From contig JAYWIR010000094.1 in NCBI GenBank assembly GCA_036172245.1, forward strand, positions 62,001 through 126,000: a stretch of DNA of 64,000 bases, written 5' to 3'. Source of the stretch: Raillietiella orientalis (taxonomy: Eukaryota). Below the pieces are notes generated by a model, which was not told the DNA's origin, made no database searches, and saw only the letters and a list, made by a program, of their open reading frames with translations. Positions within the stretch are counted from its first letter, which is position 1; each line of letters begins with the position of its first letter. Below are positions 34,371-46,231 of this stretch, piece after piece. Made by a program: the position numbers and the translations under genes.

Positions 34371-36484
34371 CAAGGCGGTCGACTGCGTGGACCAGGAGCT
34401 CCTACTGAAGCTCCTGGAACGCTTGGGATTCCCGGTCTATTTGCTGACCTACCTGCGATCCTGCTAGCGCGACGCGCTCATCCAGATGTTTTTTGGTGGA
34501 CACACCGTGCACGGCGTACCAGTGCGACGCGGCATACGGCAGGGAGACAGCCTGAGTCCCTTGCTCTTCAGTACCTGCTTCGAGTTGGTACTGAGAGAGT
34601 ACAGGGAAACTCAAGCACACCTGCCTCGAGAATATCCCGGTATGCCCGCGGTGACAGCATATGCGGACGACCTACTGCTGCTGCTCTTTATGTCCATTCC
34701 GGCATCGGCGGCCGAGGAGTTCCTCGACCTGTTAAGTCGGGGAACCGGACTTGAAGTGAACAGGGCGAAGTCGTCCGTCATGCCAATCGGTGCGGCGTGG
34801 GCAGGGCAGCCGGACTGGGTCCGCTTGGGTATCCCCACGATACGGTACTTCAGGTACCTCGGTGTACCAATGGGTGATTATCTCCCTTCGGAAGGGTGGT
34901 CCAGGTGCCTTCAAAAGGTAGAGACGGCGATCGGCCCGTTCCAAGGCGGTAGGTTTTTCCTGCCAGAACGGGCCGTGGTGTGGAACGCAATCGCAACGCG
35001 CCTCCTCCGTACCCTGCTTTTTGTTTGTCCTACCACCACAGAAACTAAAAAGCAGACGAAGAACTTACTAAGGATTGCCCTGTGGGGAAATGGGTGGGCC
35101 GGATTCCGGCTTGAGGACTTGAGCGCTCCGCATAGGGATGCCGATCTCGGCCTCCTGATGCTAGAGTGGCTGGCGCTCCAGCTCCAGTTTCGGTTACTCG
35201 CCCTAGTGGCGAAATATTGGAGTAGCAGTTGGTGCGAGCCCGCACGTCTCCTCGTCGTGCAGGCTACAGGCACGGTGGGACTGTCATCCTACTTTGCGCT
35301 CCTTCGTCGCCGCCAAGTCGGTCACTGCGGGCTGCAGCTGCGAAGAGTGGCTGACCAGATCAGGAAGAACGCGGAATTGCTTTGCTGTCGCCAGGTTAAC
35401 GGACCTACATGGCTGCAGGAATCGGTTCAGACGTGGGCAAAAAGCAACCAGCAACGCACCGAAGAAGGGCAGAGACAATTCTTCGCCCGTAATGACCGCC
35501 TGACCCTACGGGAGGTCCTATACAACCCCCAAAAACAGGCGTGGGCAAGAAAAACTCCCCTCGCTGCAATGCTTATTCCGCTCACGGAACATTTAAAAGC
35601 AACACTGCTGCGAAATTGGATGTTTACGTTAAAATCTCCGTACGGAGAAAAAGATCGGGGAATGGAAAACGGGAATTCTCTGCGATGCTGCGGCCCGGAT
35701 TACCACCCCTATTGGACTTTCGCGCTGGGGCGAGCTGCTGAATGTTCCGCTGGAACAATTAAAGTGGCCCTCGGTGCTGATGAACCCTCCACCCATCCCT
35801 TAAAATGGCAGGAGTCGGCGCTATTGTTGCTGCATTGGGGACTCCCCTGCAACGCCCGCCGACACCATTGGACCTGGGGAGCGGTGAGTCCTAATTGTGC
35901 GAGGTGTGGATAACGGGACTCACTCACTCACGTCCTTTTGGATTGTGTGGCTCTCCGGCCCCTTTGGAACCGTTTTGCCGCGGCATTCGGTAACCCCTGT
36001 GGCAACCCCAGAGACGCAATCAGATCCCTCTTCGTTTGCGACGCCCTTCGGCCCTCGGCCTCGTTAGCAGCTCTGTGCTGCTTTCGCGGGATCGTCGCTG
36101 CATGGAGCAAGGCAACGAGAGGACCACGCGATAGAGGTGCCGTCCAGTGCGCAGCCGAATTTATGAGGACGGCGACAGGATAGACCCATCTGGATTTAAA
36201 CATCCAAAAAGAGCTTGCCGGCATCCTGCAAAGGATGTAACCGTCCCACAGCAGACTGTGATCCCTTCTCGTGCCCCCCAGATCTTGATTTTATATATTT
36301 CTTTTTGTTTTATATTTTGTTTTGTCCTTGGCCCCTCTGCTGTCGTGATGGACCGTTCCGCAATACGAACCGATGACCCGGCAGATTTAATTTTGTATAC
36401 CAGTGCGTGAACGGACCACCTGGTCAGATACCAACGTTTGTTTTATTCGAAAGAATAATAGCCCCGGCGCAACCGGGTGAAAAA
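34369..36484 (+). mobile_element. Segment I: 3' half of ORF2 from KAVDCV, 3' UTR, hairpin end
   Basis: ORF 34486-35913 (GIRQGDSLSPLLF, YADDLL, CARCG); end at 36454-36484. Confidence 0.92.
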
Positions 36485-38928
36485 CGAGCTCCCGAACAAT
36501 TAAGGTCTGGAGATGCTGCCGGTGGTGCTCCGCAGCCACCGCATTCCTCAACCAGTCGGCCGGCAACCTCCAGACGTGCGTCAGAAGGCCCTTGCCTGGC
36601 GGGAGCAACTCGAACTCGAGCCTTTAGTGGTCGGAAAGCTCGGACGGCACAAAACCTCTTCGACCCACCCGACAATGCAGATGATCGTCGAGGCACACAT
36701 GGTCCGGCAAAGCAAGCATTTCGGGATGGTCGGCTAGCAAATTCAAGGCGTGCACGGACGCGCACACCTCGTTCACCAGCCGTTTCTCCCGCCGACGGCG
36801 AGACTCCTCGGATAGCGCGTGGACGTTGAAGTCCTTGGCTACGAGGTGAGCCACGTCGGGGCCGTAGTTGCTGAGCCAGCGGTCGCGCAGTCTCTCGGAA
36901 AACTCCAGTTTCTCGGTTTGACGCGTGGAACCGCACAGCGCGTACACGTTCGTGACGACAAAGTTGATCGATACGGACCACTTCAGGACAAGTTGGCCCA
37001 CACGATTTTCCTCGTCGAAACAAACGCTCCGCACCGCTCCTGTCACCCTGCCCCGGTCAAAGAATGCGACTCCGCAGGTATTCTGGGAACCCGACATCCA
37101 ATGGAGCGTCCCGCCTGCGCGAACTCGCAGATGGGCCGCTTTCTGCTCAAAGAGTGCGTGAATCTCCAGCAGCAGGGCCAGATCAAAGTCGCGCAAGACG
37201 TTGACAACCAATCGCCTCTTCTCGTTGTCCTGCAGCCCGTTGACGTTCCAACATGCCACTCGGACGCGACGGAAACAACCGAGACCGCGCATTGCTGCTA
37301 CGGACATGGAGATGCGTTCCTTGCCCCTTCCGGCGAGGCATCAGCCGGGAGCGCGGCGGATGAGGTAGCGCAAGCGCTTCCTGTCGCCGCCGCGCCGCTC
37401 GCGGCTGGCTCGGTGGAGTCGAGGACCATTGCCTCGGGCTCCGAGGAGCATCAGGAACCGTTCGCAGCATCAGGCTCTTGCCTGGCAAGTTTTGGGTTGC
37501 GCGCAGCCCTGGCCTTGACCGGGGCTTGGCGAGCCTTAGCGCTGCCGTCGGACTCCACCTCGGAGTCCGAATTCCGCGCGCGCGGCGGGCGTTTCGCCTG
37601 CCTCTTTTTTTGCTGGCAGCCCGGAGCTGGTGCAGCACTCTTAGAGGGTGCCTTCGTCGCCGATCCCCCTTTCGGGGTCACGGCTTCGGCAGCTCCCCTC
37701 TTGCCTCGGTTGTTTGCGACGGCGCGCGCGGCGGCAGCAGAGGCTTTTTCTTGCGCCTTCCTTGGCGCGCGTGGCTGCCTCTTCACCCGCCTACCTTCTT
37801 GATCGGGAAGTGGAAAGGATGGCGCGGTTTGCGCTCCTTTCTCCCGACGAAGGTCCAGCCATCCTCTCCGCTTTCAGGGTTTCCACGGTTGGGCGCGAGG
37901 GCTTCCAGGGTCCTTCGCATCCTTTCCAAGGCCTCGGATACGGCGATGGAGGCCAGTGTCTCCTTCGCCACTTCTGCCTTCGGCACCTGCTTACCGGAAG
38001 GTGCGGGCAGAGTAACGGGATTCTCGGGGGTCGCGCGTGGCTTTGCAGCCTTTGCTGGCGTTCGGCCTGCAGTGGCCAACTTGCTTGTCGCGGGGAAAGG
38101 GGCGCGCGACTTCTTTTCGGACGCTCCGGTGGACTTCCCGGGCGTGCCACCGCTATTTCTCTCCGGAGCGAGAGCAAACGGAAGCGGCGGTTTTGCAGCC
38201 TGCCCGATGTTATCGGCGGGCTGGGTCGCTCGAGGCTTTACGGAAGCAGCTTTCTGAAGCTTCTTGTCCTTTCGCGCGGGTGTTTGTGGAGCATTGCTCC
38301 GGGAATCGCCCGCGCAAGCGGACTTTTCACTTCTTCGCTGCGAATCCTCGTTCGCGCCGAATTTCTTCCTTGACGACGAGGTGGATGGAATCCGCGCGGA
38401 CGGCGATGTTTTGGGGAGCTTTCTCGCCCTCCTTTTTCGTTTTAGCTCGGCGCACTCGTTAATCGAGTGGCGCAGCAGCTTACAGTGTCGGCAACTGCGT
38501 GTTGGGCACTTCCGCGAACGGTGGCTCTCCTTCTTGCAGTTGCCGCAAGCAGGGGTTGGCCCGGCAAACCGGAGAGAAACGACGACGTCACCGAGGAGGA
38601 TTTGCGAAGGCATAAGCCTCCGGTCGTCCATGGTGACGCGCGCAGTTTCGAGTCCGCAAGAGAGGTGCGCGACTTTATTGATCAAATTCGCGCGCCTCCA
38701 CATTGCGTGCACTGTGGCGAACGCCTCGAGTTCAACAATGATGTCGCGGTCCGTGATTCTCGGCCGAATGCCCGGGAGCTGTACTACAAACGATTGGTCC
38801 AGGGCCGACCGGACGATCTTCTTATCCTTGATTTTCAGGGGCGCTCGCAGTAGGCGCTAGACGAGGGCTGCATCCTTGCAGTGCACCTCTCAATGGCCTA
38901 CCGCGCTCACTGGCATAAGTGCCAGGAG
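36485..38928 (-). mobile_element. Segment J: 5'-truncated E-type ORF1 + APE
   Basis: ORF 37783-38712 (CGNCKKESHRSRKC, CRHCKLLRHSINEC) and ORF 36624-37307 (CWNVNG, DFN, DHV, SDH). Confidence 0.9.
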
Positions 38929-40903
38929 ATCGTCCCTGCTCTTTAGCGCCTTTTTCGAATTAATGCTGAGAGAGTACAGGGAGACTGGCGCATCTGCCGC
39001 GCGATTGTCCCGGTACGCCTGCGGTTTTGGGCATACGCGGACGATCTTCTGCTGCTGCTCCCTATGTCCTCCACGGCTTCGGCGGACGTGGAGTTCTTCG
39101 ACCTGCTGCATCAGGGAGCCGGACTTACGGTGAACAGAGCGAAGTCGTCCGTGATGCCAGTTGGTGCGGCGTGGGCAGGGAAGCAGGACTGGGTCCGTTT
39201 GAAAATCTTCACGGTGAGGTAATCTAATTACCTTGGTGTGCCGTTGGGAAACTACCTCCTGCAGAAGCGTGGTCCGGCTGCCCCCAGAAAGTAGAAACGG
39301 CGATCGGCCGGTACCGAGGTGGCAGGTTTTTCCTTCCTGAACGAACCGCGGTTTAGAACACGTTCGCGGCTCCTTTCCTCGGCCCATTGCTTTTTATTTG
39401 CCCCCTCACAGAGAGGATTAAAATGCGGAAAAAGAACCTCCTCTGTATCGCCCTTTGTGGCAAAGGGAGGGCCCGAGTCCGGCTTGAAGACTTGTGCGCT
39501 CCACGCAGGGACGGTGGACTTGGTCTCCTGACGTTGGAGCGCATGGAGCGACAGCTCCAATTCAGAAAACTTGCCCTTGTGGCAAAGTTTTGGACAGCAC
39601 CCTGGTGTGCAACTGCAAGACTCCTTGCTCACAGGGCAACCGGCTGCTTCGGATTGACTTCAATCCTGGTAGCCAACGAACGCAGCCTGAACCATTGTGG
39701 TTATCAGCTGCGGGATTTGGTTGCCCTGATGAGAGACAACCGTTGGATCTCCTGCATCCCAGCGGACTGGACTACCTGGCTTCAGGAGTCCGTTTCCGCA
39801 TGGCCGAAGATCAATGGCACCAGCGATGAGGACTTCTCCCGCCTCCGCAAAGGGAGGCACGCTGGTCAGCCACTCCAGGAGATCGCCTCCAACCCACGGA
39901 ATCTTCTGTGGGCTTTCTTTACCTCCCTTGCCCCTGTGCTGCCCTCCCTCAGGAAAGTTCAAGACAGCCACCAAAAGGCTTCGTAGTTAGTGTCCTGCCT
40001 CATCGGAGGCAGGAAAAATTCACTGAAGGCGTGGACGCCGATGGAACTAGCGGACGCTAGTACCCCGAGTGTCCCTCCGAACGGACGTTCACGCTGGGGC
40101 GCGCTGCTCGGTATACCTCCAAAGGAGGTGGAGTGGCCCCCAGCGTCATGATACAACGGCACCCTTCCCCTGCAGTGGCAGGAGACGGCGTTGCTTCTGC
40201 TCCACTGGGGACTTTTAAGCAGAGCACGCCTGTTTCCCTGGACAACGGGAAATGTGGATGCTAGTTGTGCAGAGTGCGGGGAAAGGGAGACCTTCCCTCA
40301 CTTGATTCTGGAGTGTGTTGCCCTCCGCGAAATGTAAGACAGACTCTCGTCGATCCTCAACATTCCTGAGGGTGACCCGAAAAATTTATTCAGACGCCTC
40401 CTGACGCAAGACGGCTTGCCAGCCTCCGCGAGCGTAGCAGTGCTCTACTGCATACGCGGTATCCTGGAGAAGTGGACCGCGTCTAGGAGAGGAAGGACCA
40501 GCCGGAATGCCATCCACTGGGCTGCGATCTCCTTGGAGAAAGCGTGCCGTTGGCGCCGACTTCGAAAACATTTGCCTGCACTTGTTCGCATCCGTGACCG
40601 GATGCAAAGGCCTGCTCACGGCGCACCGTGATCCCCTCCCTCCCTCTTCCTCCCCAAAAACATTGCCGTCCAGACGTTTTTCTTTTTTTTGTTTTGTTTT
40701 CTTTTTATTCTTCCCGCCTCGGCGCCAGTAAAGGACCTTATCGGCCTCCGGGTCGGTAAGGACAAGTGCTACTGAACTTCTCTACTGAACTTCTGACGTC
40801 CTAAAAAAAAAAAAAAAAAAATTTTAACAACAAAGACCTTATTACAACATTTTGTAATCTCAAAATTTTAGTAATAAAAGCCCCGGCTTACCCGGGTTAA
40901 AAA
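38929..40903 (+). mobile_element. Segment K: degraded 3' half of ORF2, 3' UTR (13-bp tandem duplication 40769-40794, A-run near 40803-40820), hairpin end
   Basis: LLFSAFFEL, YADDLL near 39033, CAPRRDGGLG, CAECGERET; end at 40873-40903. Confidence 0.9.
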
Positions 40904-43249
40904 CCTTGCGCATTTCTGCATCTGTCAGCCAGTCGCGCTTTAGGTACTGGAAGAACTGAGTTCTTTCCGCGTACCCTTTGCTACCGCTCGGAGCATACGC
41001 ATTGGTAACGAAGAGATCGATCGTGTGAGACTAGCATAGAATCATCTGTCCAACACGACCGTTGTCATCGGAGCGTACGTTTCTCACAGAGGCCTTCACA
41101 GCTGGCTTTAGGAAGAACGCGACACCGCAGGAGTTGCGGTCGCCGCATCGCCAATACAACCGACCACCTGCGATCCTTTCGATCTCCTCGACGTCTCTTG
41201 CAGTGATCACGTGGATCTCCTGCAGGAGCGCCAGGTCGAATTCTCGCAAGGTGTCGGCTCTTTCTCACCTGTTGCCGTCATCGCGCAGCCCATTGACATT
41301 TTAACAGGTCACGCGGATCTGTCGGCGACAGGCGAGCCCAGAGGGTTATTCCTGGGAACGTGGCAGTGCGGCTTCCGCTACCGTATCGGGAGGGACGTAT
41401 GGAGAAGGAAATACATCGTGCACCGGTTCTCCCTCCTCAATGGAGGCCGATTCCAATACAGGCCTCATCGGAATGGGCAGGCAGGTATCTCCTACCTGCA
41501 CTTCCAACTCCATAAGGTCCGATTCGCCGGCTGGGCCGGTCGGTGGAAGGGGGAGGTTGAAACCTACCTGCTCCACCTCCTCCAACGGGGTTGACAGCTG
41601 CTCTGTCGCGGGGAATGGGATATTTCCTTTCTCCGTTCCCACGCTGATGGCTTCCCTTCCGGCTGCCGGTGCGTCCCCATCCTCCTTCTTGGTCGAGAGT
41701 CGCCTGCTAGGATTCTTGGATTCGCGTTCCGTCTACTTTGGAGGCGCCTTCTCGGAGGAGGACGCACAAATGGCATCCGGATCAGTATTTCCTTCTTTGG
41801 GTGCCTTCACCGCGGCCGGCCTCCTCAAGGATTTTCGCGCCGGGATCTCGCGGCCGACGAGTTCAGCTTCGAGCTGTAACAGTGCCTGCTCGAAGGTGGC
41901 GTCCTCGATTACGGACAGCGCGTCGTAAGGCTCCTCCTCTGCTTTCAGAGAAAGTTCTTCTTAGGAGATCGCGGCTTCCACGCAAACGAGGTAAGGGATA
42001 TTTCCTCTAGTGGCGACCTCTATGACCACCACGCGCTTCAAAGTGACCGAGCTTTCACGGAGTAGTGCGCGGCGCTCTCTCCTATTAAAAGGTTTCGCCG
42101 CTGGTTCCGATTCCGTGGCTTCGGTTTTCTTCGGTTTCTTTGGCTTGACCGTCCGCCAGCTTTCCTCACGGTTGCCTGTCCAGCGCCGTCGGAAGTTTTC
42201 TCGACCGGCATTTGTTGAGAGGGTTCGGAGTCTGGCTTCTGGGTACGCTTTGCAGTAGCCTCCTTGGAATTCGACATTTTTTCCGCGCGTTTTCCCTGAG
42301 CTTTTTTCAAAGCGGGGCGATCCGGAGTTACGCGCTTTGAGCACACTTTCCGGAGGTGGCCCTTCTCTCCGCATGAGAAAAACTCGATGTGGGGGAACCG
42401 TTTTCTCTGGTGTCCTATGGCATCGCAGTGTCCGCAGTACTTGGGTTTCCCCACGTACCAGACATCGACCTTTTCGTTGACGCCGTCTAGCTTGTGGGGT
42501 AACACTGTTTTCATTCACGGTTACACGCGCTGCGGCCATGCCACTAAACAGCCTCCCATAGGATTGTAACACGTTAGGCTTGCTCCAGAGCGCGTGAACC
42601 GTGCCGAACTTGCTGAGTTCCTCCTGCACGCCCTTCGTCGACATGCGGAGGGTAACTCCCGCGAGGTGCGCTACTACCGAGCAATCCTCAGTTACAGGGT
42701 TCTGCCTTCCAACGTAATGGGGGCGTTCAGCAGACGGTGAGCAAGGCTTGCATCCTTGCAACTCAACTCCACCCGCTGAATCCCGCTCAACGCTAAAAGA
42801 CCTTCCATCTCTTCTTTTTTAACATTAAGCCGCTGTTACTCCCTCTCGAAGTTGCGAGCGGTATTTACAAGAAGGATATTGCCTGACTTTTAGAATAGGG
42901 ACGGCTTGTACCCTTGTTCTTTATAGGCTGTTGGTTCGTTCATGGCAGCTGCGGATGGTGCTGCAGCCACGGCGCTCCAAGTCCTCGTCGTTGGCGAGGA
43001 TGGCTCCGAGGACACGGTTGCACCCTTTTTCAAGGGTACCAATGCCCTTGCCTCCGTGGGGGCGATCGCCCCTACCACCATGGGTTGGGGAGCGGAACTG
43101 GCCTCTCCCACTCCAATCTCCATCGCGATGTCCGCTGGCATTTCTTCCATGGGGCACCGACGATGCGCCACACACTCTAACAAACGAAAGGAAATAAAAG
43201 AAACTTCCCAAGCTGGAGCTGTAGGAGTGCAGGAAACACACGTCTGCTA
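40904..43249 (-). mobile_element. Segment L: 5' UTR, frameshifted G-type ORF1 and APE N-terminus
   Basis: MEEMPADIAMEIGVGEASS.., WYVGKPKYCGHC, FDLALLQEIH. Confidence 0.88.
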
Positions 43250-43857
43250 TTCTTCGACGAGGAAGAACGAGTTGGCCAACTTGTCCTCAAGTGGTTCGAA
43301 TCGATCGACCTAGTGGTAACGAACGTGTTCGCGCCCAGCAGCAGCCACAGGCGCGGAGAACGCACTGCGTTCTTCGAAGCCCTGCGGCGACACTGGCTGG
43401 CCGAAGCAGAAGTGCGGCGGGCGCAACTGATAGCGCGAGACCTCAAAGTCCGCCTGCTGTCGGAAGCGCACGACATAAGAGCACAACTGGTGAACGAGTT
43501 GTGTGCGGCGATGCACGCGTGCAATTTGTTGGCCGATGGAGCCGACGTAAGAAGCAGAATCGACCACGTGTTCCTCGATAACCACTTGTGTACGCGGGTG
43601 GGGACACGAGGGGCACTCGCGTCAGAGCTGTCCGATCACCCTCGGCTAGTGTTCACCATCTATCCGCGCGACCGAGGTCCACCCTCCGAAGCGTGGCGCC
43701 TGCCTGGAGACTGGTTGCGACTCGCAGAAGCGTGCGAACATCTGCGTGCATTCCTGCGTGGAAGCGAACTGCAGACTCTCGCTGACTGGGATAAAATAAA
43801 ACGCTCAGTCCGAGAGTTCTGCGAACAGTTTCCCTCGATCTACTTCCCTTAGGTTTC
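43250..43857 (+). mobile_element. Segment M: internal APE fragment
   Basis: ORF 43313-43852: TNVFAP, SRIDHVFLD, LSDH, WRLPGDW. Confidence 0.9.
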
Positions 43858-44802
43858 CTCCATGCCATCCGGGACGTTTATTAAAAAACGTTTCAATTGT
43901 CATTACAGTACGTGGTACAAGGTCTCACTAACGGCCACGTAATGCCGGGACACCGGGACGCAGCTCGGCGTGATTCTCCTCGTCAGTGGAAAAATATGGA
44001 AGGAAAAACAAAAAGAATAATAAACCAGAAAACAAAGAGAAAAAAAAGGTTTTGGGGGGAAAGGAAGGGATCACAGTCCACTGGGATTAGGGCCATTATT
44101 ATCAGGATACCCTCGAGGTACTCCGTCAAGCTTTCCAGCTGGGGCCATTCAATAGCTCTCCGCAGGGAGCGAACAGCATATGGGATGACAGCTATTCCGT
44201 TTGAATCCAGTCTCTCCTCGCTGGTATCGCTCCAGGCCGCCACGATGCCTTGGATACAGCAGAGTGCTGCCACGGCTGCAACTGGCTGAAGGGCAACCTG
44301 CACGAAGAAAAGACGGAGAACTTCGCCGGGTTGGCTACCCACCTGGAGACCGAGGGTCATCCCAAACCGTTCCCAGAGGAAACGGAGGGCAGAAAAGTCA
44401 ACAAGTAGGTGGTAGTGCGATTTTGGCTCTCCGCACCTGGCACAATGAGGATTTACCGTTCCCCTTGTCCAGTGGAAGCGGCCTGCGTTGCAGGGTAAAC
44501 CCCAATGCAACAGTAGCAGCGCCGATTCGTGCCACTTACATGGCAGCATCCTTGATTCAAGCAGCACCAAGAGCCACTTCAGCACATCCATGCGGATAGC
44601 GAGCAGCTCGCTCCATCGCAAAAGTCCTCTCGGCTGGACTCTCGGGGTCGTGGCGTCCTCCAGTTCTCCTGTGGTCCTGCCGCCTAACACCTTCTCCCTA
44701 CCTGCGACTCACCAGGAGACTAGCCACCACGGCTTGCGGCTGCCGTTAAGCGCCCTCCGGAGGTAAGGCATCACCGTAGCAAGGGGGGCAGTCTCTGCCC
44801 AG
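43858..44802 (-). mobile_element. Segment N: ORF2 C-terminus, 3' UTR, partly decayed hairpin end
   Basis: ORF 43983-44690 (CARCGEPKSHYHLL); AATAAACGTCCCGG at 43869-43882. Confidence 0.88.
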
Positions 44803-45469
44803 GTGCTGGACTGCGCTCAATTCCGTTACCTGTGGCGAAGGCTGATATCAGAATTTCTGCCGCAGGGAGGCACATCCATTGATGTGCTGCGACGCTTGTT
44901 CAGCAGGAATGGACTTGCGTTAGGATCAATTGTCGCACCATGTGTTGCATTCGCGCCCTCGTGAAGGCCCGCTACGTCCTGGAGTTGTCAGCGCAGCGAA
45001 GGGAGGCTCACCGGTTTGCAGCAGAATACATGGAAAAGGCTACTAAGTGACCTCATCTTCATGACGAGTTCAAAGAGGACATCGCCGGCATCCTTCGCCG
45101 GTTTACAGACTTTCAAGAACGGCGTAATCCTTTGACCATTGTGACCTGTAGCCCACCCATCGCACTTCCACACTCGCTCTGCAAAAATGACGGAGCCATA
45201 ACTTTTATCGCGGTGAGAACAAAAGGGTTCCAAAAGACTCTTGTCTTGGCGTCTTCCATTGTTTCCTTTTCCTTATTTTTTTTTCGCTTGCATTCCTTGT
45301 CTCCAAACTCCTTTTCAGAAGAGTGTTATTCTGGCCTGCCTGCCAGCAATCTTCTCTTGATCCTTGTGCGGTCGTCGGTTTGGAGCATGGTTCCCAAATG
45401 GTTTATTATATATAATTGTTTTTGTTTATGTTATATGAAACAGACGCCCCGGCGGGAACGGGTAAGAAA
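44803..45469 (+). mobile_element. Segment O: degraded copy of the E-type 3' end
   Basis: Colinear with about 27358-28008. Confidence 0.85.
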
Positions 45470-45965
45470 TATCCTGCGCCTGTTCTGCAGAGATCACATG
45501 GATCTCCTACATCAGCGCAAGGTCGAAGGAATCCAGAAGGGGGTCACCTCTCGTCTCCTGCGAGTGTCTGTCATGCCGTTCACGTTCCAAACAGCGATGC
45601 GCAGACCACGGCGGGAGGAGATTCCCGGCATTACTGCCGGTAAGATAAAGTTGTGGGAGAGCCCGCCTCTTGCGAGGCGGGCGGGATGTCCATGGGGGTT
45701 ATGGCCTCATCAGGCACCTGAAGCACCTGTTCGGCCTCCATCTCTCCATCCCCTCCGTGTACGGGCGTGGAATAATCTCGGACGACAAGTAGCGAGATTT
45801 TCCAACGCTCATGGCGTCCTCGCTACCAGAACCCAACTCTCCCCCTTCGTCAAGGGAGACGATCTTCCGTGAATTTGTGAACTTTCGTTCAACCTTCTTG
45901 CGTAGTGTTGTGTAAACGGAGGATGCGCTTCCGGTCTCCATCACAAAGTCGGAAGTGGGGGCATC
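45470..45965 (-). mobile_element. Segment P: F-like ORF1 C-terminus + APE start
   Basis: Colinear with about 28009-28500. Confidence 0.85.
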
Positions 45966-46231
45966 TCCATCCGTAAACTCGAGGACTGGGACGATCTGAA
46001 AAGATCCGTCCGCCAGTACTGCTGCCGGTTCCCCTTGCACCTGCTTCCCCGCAGCTTCGGAGAGGGTGTCGCGAACAGCAGATCCTTTCTGCAGGCGCGT
46101 ACCTTCTCCTGATGCCCGGAACTCTGGCGTCTGGCGGAGTACAAGGCCAGGGCGGAGCGCCAGGTTTGGCAGTCTGGAGCGGTTTGTCTGCTCGATGACG
46201 CTGCCCAGGGATGCTTGGCGGCAGCCGACGT
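45966..46231 (+). mobile_element. Segment Q: post-endonuclease ORF2 fragment (E-type)
   Basis: Colinear with about 24892-25156 (LEDWDDLKRSV...AADV). Confidence 0.85.

Noticed and set aside
36819..38373. Long antisense or alternative-frame ORFs (e.g. 327 aa at 36819-37802) as real genes
   Set aside because: Shadow ORFs of GC-rich retrotransposon coding sequence, with no domain motifs.
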